This document shows positions 54,469-64,000 of a stretch of 64,000 nucleotides of DNA, piece after piece. Source of the DNA: Octopus vulgaris (lineage: Eukaryota); contig OX597817.1 of assembly GCA_951406725.2 (NCBI GenBank), positions 83,390,001 through 83,454,000 on the forward strand, given 5' to 3'. Positions within the stretch are counted from its first letter, which is position 1; every line of letters starts with the position of its first letter. The notes under the pieces are model-generated. The model worked only from the letters and a program-made list of their open reading frames with translations. It ran no database searches and was not told the origin of the DNA. A program made the position numbers and the translations under genes.

Positions 54469-55690
54469 CAGCAGGAGGTTTAACATCGATGCGAACTTCC
54501 TTTGAATGTTGTATCGTATCCCTTCGCCAACATATTTCGACCACCAAGTGTTGAAGTGCCTCCCATCACCAAGTTTGCATACATGAGGCTGATAACATCA
54601 TAAGACTTGAAAGGCAACTCCTTGAGCAGCATCCCTTGTCTGATAACCTTAAATGCATGTCCATAGAAGTCGTACGACTACCGCAACATATCATCACATG
54701 AAAGGATGAGTATACAGGAGCAGTAGACTATGCATGGATCTGTTAGCAGAAAGCTCTAGGTTGATGGTAACATCCATCATCAAGGCAGTCAATCATGGAC
54801 CAACAACCGGGTTACTACCTTCCACTTTGAAGGGTATGCGTTTGTAATCAATAAACAAAAAATTACCAAATACCTGATGCTCAAAAGGGACAGAGATGCA
54901 GGAAAAACAGTAAAATGTGACAACCGATGCAGACGTTGAGGATTTAACAGCAACGTTATCACCCATATTATAAACAGCTGTCCGAAAATGTCTCCATAGT
55001 ATTACCTACCGATGAGACGTGTTGTTGTAGCTAGGACACTTATAACGAGATCCGTCAAAAGATAAACCCAAGGACAGAAAACACAGTATGGTGGAAGTCA
55101 TAGCCACTCATAATAAAAATAAGTATTGATGGAATATCCCAGTAAAAACCTCAATAAAATATAAACACAATAGACCTGATATAAGGATTTGGGATAGAGA
55201 AGAGAAACTGTGTACAGTTGTGGAAATCAGCAGCCTAGCGGTTGTTAACATAAAGCAGAAAATCAGTGAAAAAGAGAATGCCTACTCTGATCTATTGAGG
55301 GATCTGCAGTTAATCTATCAAGACTACAAGATCAGGTTCATGCCTGTACTTATTGGGAAATACCTGTAATTGTTGGGTGATATGTAACACACTGCCTAAA
55401 GGCAAATCTTGAGAAATTAGATTTCTCCAAACCAGAAAGTAGAAAGCTGATTCGTAGACTACAGATCTGCTCCATCAGTGGAACTGTAAAAATCTGTAAA
55501 AGTTACCAGAAGTTTATAATTTAAGTATATATGAGCATGTCTAGATATTCAAGTATATGCATGAGAAGACATACATAAAACAAAACTTACATATCTACAC
55601 GTATACATACACACATACAGAAATACCCTGTTATTGATGTTGAAATTGCAGGATCTAGGTTAGAAACCGAAATAAAACTGAATAATGACA
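54469..55690 (+). mobile_element. RLE-type non-LTR retrotransposon, 5'-truncated, embedded in (ACAT)n
   Basis: GGLTSMRTSFE, CRR*..ITHIINSCPKMS, WNIPVKTSIKYKHNRPDIRIWDREEKLCTVVEIS; (ACAT)n at both ends. Confidence 0.85.
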
Positions 55691-55924
55691 TACATACATA
55701 AACACGCATATAAACATACATATACATATGTAGTAATGCAAATGTAAAAATGATTTTGTTTGGATGTAGTCATACTGGGAAGACGATTGTTCAACTGAGT
55801 AATCCATAAATACGGAAAATAGAAATAAAAATCTGAATAATGACATACATTGATATGGAAATATTATGACTGCGAGCCTGATTGAAAATATTTAGATATT
55901 CATTTACATACACGCACGCATCCT

Positions 55925-56200
<276 letters not shown>

Positions 56201-56952
56201 CAGATATGTACATATATGTATGTGTGTGTATTATTAACTGTATATATACGTACGGGTATAAGAGTATTTGAGCTTTCATGTATTTGAGAACACATACAAG
56301 TATGTTAATCTGTATTTTAAGTGAAAAGTATTATGCGGCGACGACAATTGTAAATGAAGAAGCAAAAAAGACATTGAAAAGGACCAGGTTTAATTAGATA
56401 ATGAAATAGACAACTGTTATATGTAAAGTATTATTATAAATCATGTTTCAAAACCGTAAATAGATTAGAGACGTCGAGGAAGTAGTTTCCAGGCAGGTAA
56501 TAAGCAAAAAGCTGCCTCAATCAATAAATTGCATGAAATTTATTATTCTTTGCATGCGTGACAAAGCAGAAAGTGCATCTAGAAATCTTATATAGAATCG
56601 ATTAGTTTCAAATGCAGGCTAATTTTTTTCTCTTAAATTTCGAATCCAAATCTAAGATAAAGCATCAAATGCAATTTTATATTTCTGTTGTTGTTTATTT
56701 TTGTTTCTTAATTTGCATATGTGTATTTGGACCGAAAAAAGAAAAACAAACATTTAAAGAAAGCAGTGATTTAATTCGTGCCAGCGATTCTTTGCAGAAA
56801 AGATGAAACAACAGAATAAATATTATTTTTAAAAAAATTGTCTGCTTCCCTAATCGTAGTCTACGTAATGCCTATGTGAGTGTGTGTGTGTGTGTATATA
56901 TGTCCGTGTGTGTGCGCCACTGTATGTGTGCCGCTCTGTGTGTGTGTGTGTG

Positions 56953-57360
56953 TGGGTAAGAATGTTGCATCCCCTATAATTGGGTCTGGCTTCAGTCACA
57001 CTGCGTAGCATCTTCTCTGTAACCCCGAGTCGACCAAGACCTTGCGACGAGATTCGGTTGACGGAAACTGAAAGAATACCGTCGATTATTTATCTATTTG
57101 TTTGTGTGTGAGAGAGGGAGAGTGCGTGTGAGTGTGTGTCTGTGTCTGTGTCTCTATTTGTCCCACACCACTGGTTCACAACCGGTGTTAGTATGTTTAC
57201 GTCTCTGTGACATAGTGGTTTGGCAAAAGACACAGACAGAATAAGTACGATGCGTGAAACAAATAAATAATAAGGGTTGATTAGTTCGACTAAAATTCCT
57301 TAAGGCGATGCCCCAGCATTGCCGCAGTCTAATGACTGAAGTGGGCAAAAGATAAAAGAT
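56953..57360 (+). mobile_element. tRNA/CORE-type SINE, near full length
   Basis: ttcagtcacactgcgtagca head, gacggaaactgaaagaa, internal GT repeat, gactgaagtgggcaaaagataaaaga tail. Confidence 0.8.
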
Positions 57361-57419
57361 GCAAGACATAGCTATATATAAATATAGATAGAGAAAGAGA
57401 GGGAAAGAAGAGAGGGCAT

Positions 57420-58440
57420 GTAGAATGCCCTCTTATAGGCCATGAAATTAAGCGGGCTAAGAAATTAGACAGTAAAACACTAAGGGCAACAAAGCGTAAC
57501 ACCACACCTCATCTGAAAACACTACTGTATATATCAACTCACAACCCTAGAAACAATGAGGCATACAACACTATTGTACAAGATCTATCTATGCTCACTT
57601 GAGATCCAAAAATGAACAACATTCCGAAAACACGTAAATTCCTTAAATGCAAAAAGCAACACAAAACGCTAAAAAGACTTATAACAAGTGTCAAGCTTTA
57701 CGCAACAACCACGACAAAAGATACACACAATGTGGACGCCCAAACTGTGGAACATGCTCCAACCTTCTATTCAAATAAGGAGAGAGGTTTGCAATTGAAA
57801 CCAATTTCACTTGAGCTTCCGAGATTCTAATTTATGTTATAACTTGCTCAAGTTGTGAGCATAATGATATAGGACAGACAAGTATGATTTTGAAGTGGGG
57901 AACCACACTACATAAGGAACAGATCCAGTTCCCGCAATACAGACAGATTACTTTGAGTGAACACATAGAGAGATGTGCAGGTAATATCCAACCAAACTTC
58001 ACAGGTTTCCCCATCTACCCGTACAAAGAAACAATTTTTATACGAGAAGTTTAAATAAAAACAATTTTCATTGAAAAATACAGAACACGTCTAAATATGA
58101 ACGCATAACCAAGTATATATTTTAATTCATGATCACATACTCATCACTGTATATATTTCATTTCACTACTTTAGCTTTTGAGTTTTTGTGTATATTTATT
58201 CATCCCTTCCTGTAAGATGAACAATTACCTACCTTGTCCCTAATAATAACGATCACCAGTTACCTCCCATTAGATTTTTCTACTTGCTGAATCATTCATT
58301 TATAAACTTCTTCGCAAACATTAACTAAAATTTTTAGAAAATACGTAATTTCAGTGTCATGATTTGCGAAAGCAAAACCGGTCGACAAACACAATATAAA
58401 ATATATTCAAAAATATATTAAAACTATGTAAAGTGTGTGC
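57420..58440 (+). mobile_element. Penelope-like element 3' part: linker, GIY-YIG endonuclease relic, pLTR
   Basis: YISTHNPRN, PNCGTC, YVITCSSCEHNDIGQT..LHKEQI..LSEHIERC, FIEKYRTRLN; decayed hammerhead at 58355-58387. Confidence 0.8.
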
Positions 58441-58681
58441 ATTTTCCTTCCTTTATTTTAAATATATATTGCATTACAACTCACAACGTGGGGATAATCG
58501 AAATTCCCCCTTTGTATTACTACATATGTATATATGGAACCACCATAGTTTGGTCGTTAAGACTAAAATGCGATATGTTACGTGGAATAGAAAATTTGAC
58601 CGTAAGAGGATATGGGCTTAGAGTCTCAACGAATATTGATGAGGCGATGAAACGTTTAAAGCGGCGATCAAGGGAAACCTT

Positions 58682-58860
58682 CACAGAACCGTTACTCGTG
58701 TTCCTACAGGTTCTTGCCGTTCTGAGTTAAAATTTCGCCGAGGTCAACTTTCCCTGTAGTCCATTCGCAAACGATAAAATATACAGAAGACAACTACTGC
58801 AAATCGACTTGTCTCCTCCCTTAAAAGTTTCTGGCCTTCTGCCAAAATTAGAAAGAATTA
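58682..58860 (+). mobile_element. MetaSINE-type SINE, diverged
   Basis: cgttctgagttaaaatttcgccgaggtcaacttt..ctggccttctgccaaaattagaaag. Confidence 0.65.
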
Positions 58861-59294
58861 TTGAAATGTTTCATTCTTTAGGCAGAGAGAGAGAGAGAGG
58901 TACGTTTTAACCATATTTATTTTCGTCAAGAACAATAATACGTGATCTCTAAGAAAAATACACACAACCTCTAAAAAGCATACACTGTCTAAAGACTTTG
59001 ATTCACATCAAAAGGAAATGTAAAATAAAAAAAATAAAAAATGTAAAATGTAAGGCAGAAAAATGACACTTAAGTGACATCGTCATATAAGCTAAATCAT
59101 GAAATATGAGGAAATTTGTAATTATCCATGCAGCCTAAAAGTTTTAACAAAACACATACGTTATGTATGTGACATCAGAAATGGACGTAATACATTTACT
59201 GCATACGTTCTTTTGACTTTTCTTGATTTTCCAGTTTTCATTATAATTTATTTTATATTTCTGCTTTACATACATGCATACATACACATACATA

Positions 59295-59330
<36 letters not shown>

Positions 59331-59699
59331 TGTATGTATGTATGTATGTATGTATTATGTATGTATGTATTATGTATGTATGTATATATATATTCCCTAC
59401 ATCTTACTTTTTCTCCCGTTCGTTAAAAGTAACGCATAACATATCTATCTGTCTGTCTATCTATGTATCTATATGTATGTATATATATGTATATACATAT
59501 ATATATGAATACATACATACTTGCAAACATACATACATACATACATACATACATACATACATACATACATACATACATACATACATACATACGTACGTAC
59601 GTACGTACATACATGCATACATACATGAATTTGTTTCAATGAGGGAAAATATTATTTTCCTTCTCACGTTTTAACCTGTGTGTTATATGGTGGATTACT

Positions 59700-60050
59700 T
59701 CAAAAGGAAATTCTCTAAATAATTTAAAGTAGTACCTAATTATAGCTCATACTGGTTAATCAGTACTCCATCGGTACAGCTTTACTTTTGACTTTTTCAA
59801 AGAGAAGTGTGTTTATATTTTTGCTGGTATTTATGGATATTTGTTGATGTTGCTCTTTGGTTGTTTAGAGTGTTTATGTATGTTGCATTGGAGAGAGTTT
59901 GTTTCGTTAAATAGTTCGTATGGTTTGGAATATAGCGAAAACGAAACAACAGGGAAGTTACCGTTCTTTGGTTTGTTTAGACTGTCACTATCGCACCGAC
60001 TATCCTTAATGATGCAATTATTCGTTTCTGGGAGGTAACAGCCTGTTCAT
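59700..60050 (-). mobile_element. Decayed PLE RT-thumb relic (tentative)
   Basis: Minus-strand KNGNFPVVSFSLYSKPY..IHKHSKQPKSNINKYP resembles PLE NFLDV..KPY..SNHP. Confidence 0.4.
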
Positions 60051-60602
60051 TCTATTTGGAAACATAAAGAAAGGAAGCAGATGATGGACAATGCCGCCAT
60101 ATGCGCTAATCATACTGATATGCTTCAAAACCGGACCTTTTCATATACGATGAATAACAGCGGATGACATAGAGGCCGTGATTACTTGAAAGTGCAATGA
60201 ACGCAATTCAAACCGTTATTCGTCTTTCCTTTTGAATGTATATACATTTAAAATTGCACAAAAGCCCGATGAAATTCTGTTTATCTTACATATGAATGAA
60301 TATTCAGCGAATTCTACATGTTAAAGAAAAACTGAGTGAGCTCTCTTTATGGATTACTGTCTTGATATCTGTTTCTCTATCAAATACTAATACACTCACA
60401 TAATTTGAACAACGATTTTCTTAAATTAAAAATTCGCAATTGTATAAAAATATTTTTAGAAAACAAGAGAGTGGTTCAAACCTATGTACGGAAGTTTTCC
60501 TGTTCCATACAACAAGAAAACTTCTTTATGACATGCAATTATTAATTATAAATTTGAGAAAATATTTCCCTGAAGTAAGTACGTTTATATATATATATAT
60601 AC

Positions 60603-60635
<33 letters not shown>

Positions 60636-60827
60636 TAGATAAATTGATAGATATATAGATAGATACATATATACATGCATGCATACATACATATATGTAT
60701 GTGTATATAAGGAAAACATAATATAGGAATAAGCAATGATCTTATGGCCTTCTTAAGCTTTACAGCTGTTTTTGCTATAATGTGCAGTGGACTCATTGCT
60801 GAGAGTCTGAGTAATACCTTATATCGT

Positions 60828-60894
60828 CACCAATGAAGCTATAAGGTGTTATTCACGCACTCAACTACATCTTATAGTACGAACAGCTGTCAGT
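60828..60894 (+). ncRNA. Degenerate type I hammerhead relic
   Basis: CCAAUGA-A-GCUAUAAGGUG..CAUCUUAUAGU-ACGAA-CAGCUG-UC; 11-bp stem II, damaged core. Confidence 0.45.
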
Positions 60895-61982
60895 TAATGA
60901 AGTTTTTACGATAATCGTTTATTCCTTTGTCATCTCATTTTCTTATTTATCGTTCTGTGCTTGACTAACATTTTGTTCTGAATCATAGGTATATTGAGTT
61001 CTACACTATAATATTAGTATTGCAATGCGTAAGTGAAATGTGTGTCTACGTATGTGTGTGTCTATTGTGTGCGAGCGCGTTTGAATGTGTGTGTATACAT
61101 ACAAACATACAAATACTGAAGAGGGGGTAACATCCATCAGTCTGGATAGGGAGTGCTTCGAATTGACGTAGTGTGTTTACACCTATTTGTCCACAGGGAG
61201 AAATATTCTCTATGAAAAACTTACACTGAATTACTTTCTTACGAGTTCGAATTTGTCTCAAGCACATTTGAACTGGTTACAAGTTTATATATATATATAT
61301 ATACTTATAAATTCAGTTGCTATTTCTGACACATTCGTATGTCATATTGACGTCTGAGCTGCTCGTACTTACGGCTTTGATTTTATAGATTAGAGCATCT
61401 ACGAAAATCAAAGATTGGGTCCGAAAATAACGAAGTACTATGAACTATAATGTATGATACATTCCATCGTCTATATTTGCTAATTTTGACCAGCTGCAAT
61501 GCAGGTGAGATTCCTTCTTTTCACTGAAAATATTTACGATGTAGTAAGAGTGACATCATTAATCGAAATCAAAATGTCTTCTCAGTTTTCAGAAGATGAT
61601 ATCTTTCACTATATCACAGACATTTACTATAAAGAAAATTCCATTAATCATTCATGAAATAGATATTCTAGTTCACTTATTCGCAGACAAATAACCGTCA
61701 TATTTACCAGAACTTTTAATAGAGATTTAGGAAGATTATTTCTAAACTTATTAAATGATATATCCATTCATCACCAATTAATAATGTCATAACTGTGGAA
61801 GTATGCTCATCATTTCTGGAATATGTTTATCTTTCATCTTCATTGTTTATTGAAAAATATTTCAGTTGAATGATATTTTTTCTTCTTGGAATAATTCCTG
61901 AATTTAATGTCTTTTTTTTTAATATATAACAAATTAATTTTAATTCCTTTTACAAAACACACACACACACCGCACACACATA

Positions 61983-62045
<63 letters not shown>

Positions 62046-62192
62046 CATACATACATACATACATATACATATAAGTGTATATGTATGCATATATATATAT
62101 TATATATATATATATTATTATATATTATTAATATATATATACATAATATATATTATACTTATAATACATTATAATTATATATTGTATGTGTG

Positions 62193-62232
<40 letters not shown>

Positions 62233-62699
62233 ATGGAGAAATTATACAAAATGCATAAATAGATGATGAGTAAACACCGGCAGAGTTTCGATTATCTGTT
62301 GTTATCCGTAGATTTATTGCCGGAACTTCGTAGTGGTGGCTGGGGTAACGGTATTAATAAGATAGTAAGGCGGCGAACTGGCAGAAACGTTGTTTTACGT
62401 ACCGCTATATGTCCATCAACTTCGAGAATAAGTAAAAAAAAAATGAGAAAAATTGAAACGCAAAAAATTCAAATATGAACGGGAAAATTATACATTCTTG
62501 TTTAGAGAAAATGACGTAATGAGCTTTCGCTGTTGTAACTGTTAAGAGAAAGGAAATTGTTTATGTGTTTGTGCTTAGATGCACATCAGCCGAAATTGCA
62601 AGGATGATCCGGTTCTTGACTGAAGATTGAAGGCTTCGAATGTCCCGTCCGTGTTTTTTGTATCGTCTCCTAAATGTTTTGCGTTCTTGTCCCAGTTTG

Positions 62700-62757
<58 letters not shown>

Positions 62758-62761
<4 letters not shown>

Positions 62762-64000
62762 AATATTAGGGAATAAATCCAAATTTACAGGGAAAAAATC
62801 AGATTTAAGATTAAATCCACTTTTATAGTAAAATATTATAAAATATTATTAGAGACAAAACCACTATTTTGCAAAACAAACAAGGAAAGACTTAATCAAT
62901 ACATAAAATTTTAATAAATAGTCAAAAAACCGCCACTACAATCGTTTCTTGTCTTGATCGACAATCTTCAGGTGGACTTCAATCTAAAATATCAATATTT
63001 TAAAATATACAAATAATAATTTTAAAATAATTTAAGTATGAGTTTAGTTTAAATTAGTTTAGATAATATATTTTGGTTATGTTGTCTAGGATTTAATTAT
63101 AGTTAGTCTTTATTGATATTTCTTTGTTTTAATTAGTTCATTTTTAATGTATATTATTTTAACAGTATATGGTATGTTAAAACTTTAATAATTTATATTA
63201 GATTTTTTTATTTTCTTTATTTATATATTTTTTTATTTTTTTATTTTTTATTTTTTTTATTTTATTTTATTATGTATTTTTATTATGCATTTGTTATATG
63301 TATTTTGGAGGATATTGATACGTATGTATATGAGTGTGTATTGGGGGGTTGTACGTATTTATTGTATGCATGTGCTTCACGCACGTGCGTCCATGTATGG
63401 ATGAATATATTGGGATTGCTATGTGGGTGTAAATTGGGTATGGAGGGGGGAGTTTTGTCATTGTATGGGTGTGGGTTTCATATGTGATGGTGGTTAGTTG
63501 GTAATTTTTGGTATGTTCTGTATATTTGGGTTAGTTATGTATTATTCTAGTGTGTATAATTGTATACATATGATTGGTGTGAGTGGGATTACGCCCATTT
63601 TTGGGGATGTATGTGTTTATTTATCCATATGGGGCGGGAGTGGCCGTTAGGTGTATATGTTGAGGCTCACATGCAATTCCAGGTACAGCGAATGAAGTGG
63701 GCACTCATATTTGTTATGGGTGTGTGTACTTTATTATAACAGACAATACCCAAATAAAATCTGTCAATTCAACATACCAAATAAAAAACAAAAAACAAAG
63801 GGATCATAAACATTCACACATACATACGTTTTTAAGAGTTTTGGTTTATCATGGTTTTTTTAGGGAATTCGTGGTAATTTGTCTATTTTCGATGTTGGTT
63901 GTCTTATTGCATTGTTTCATTCATAATTTTTGAGTGGTGTTCGTTTTGCCACGTGAATATTATTTTTAATTCCATTTATTCCATTTCTCCATTCATTAAT
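62758..64000 (-). mobile_element. PLE-like pLTR/3' region abutting (TA)n, apparently running off the window
   Basis: Starts at the (TA)n tract 62705-62757, contains a canonical hammerhead, terminus shared with 17043-17110. Confidence 0.6.
62933..62975 (-). ncRNA. Type I minimal hammerhead ribozyme with a canonical core
   Basis: CCAC-CUGAAGA-UUGUC gaucaa GACAA-GAAA-CGAUUG-UA-GUGG. Confidence 0.8.

Noticed and set aside
59841-60038. Plus-strand ORF with ENETTGKLPFF resembling RT motif 7
   Set aside because: The minus strand gives a longer, better-ordered PLE thumb match; both cannot be right.

Overview
Eukaryotic, very AT-rich, repeat-saturated DNA, intronic or intergenic. It is most likely from an octopus (coleoid cephalopod), judged from tRNA-Arg-headed OR1/OR2-like SINEs, abundant MetaSINE-type SINEs and the extreme microsatellite load. 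I recognise no intact protein-coding gene, only one weak 46-nt exon candidate; nearly all supplied ORFs are microsatellite translations or retroelement fragments. The window is organised by retroelements that partition microsatellites between them. (i) At least 5 lineages of R4/Dong-like RLE non-LTR fragments and a non-coding 558-bp element with fixed ends (4 copies) form same-strand trains inside (TAA)n tracts. (ii) A separate RLE family is tailed and flanked by (ACAT)n. (iii) Penelope-like element (PLE) pieces (RT, two GIY-YIG relics, pseudo-LTRs, long foldback palindromes up to 611-bp arms) mostly abut (TA)n tracts and carry about ten type I hammerhead-ribozyme-like motifs. Two of these look near-intact (62933-62975 and 38537-38585), and others have non-canonical cores (UUGACAA, CCGAUGA). 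Mariner, Tc1 and Helentron-like relics are also present. All calls come from reading and hand-translating the sequence; no database search or folding program was run.
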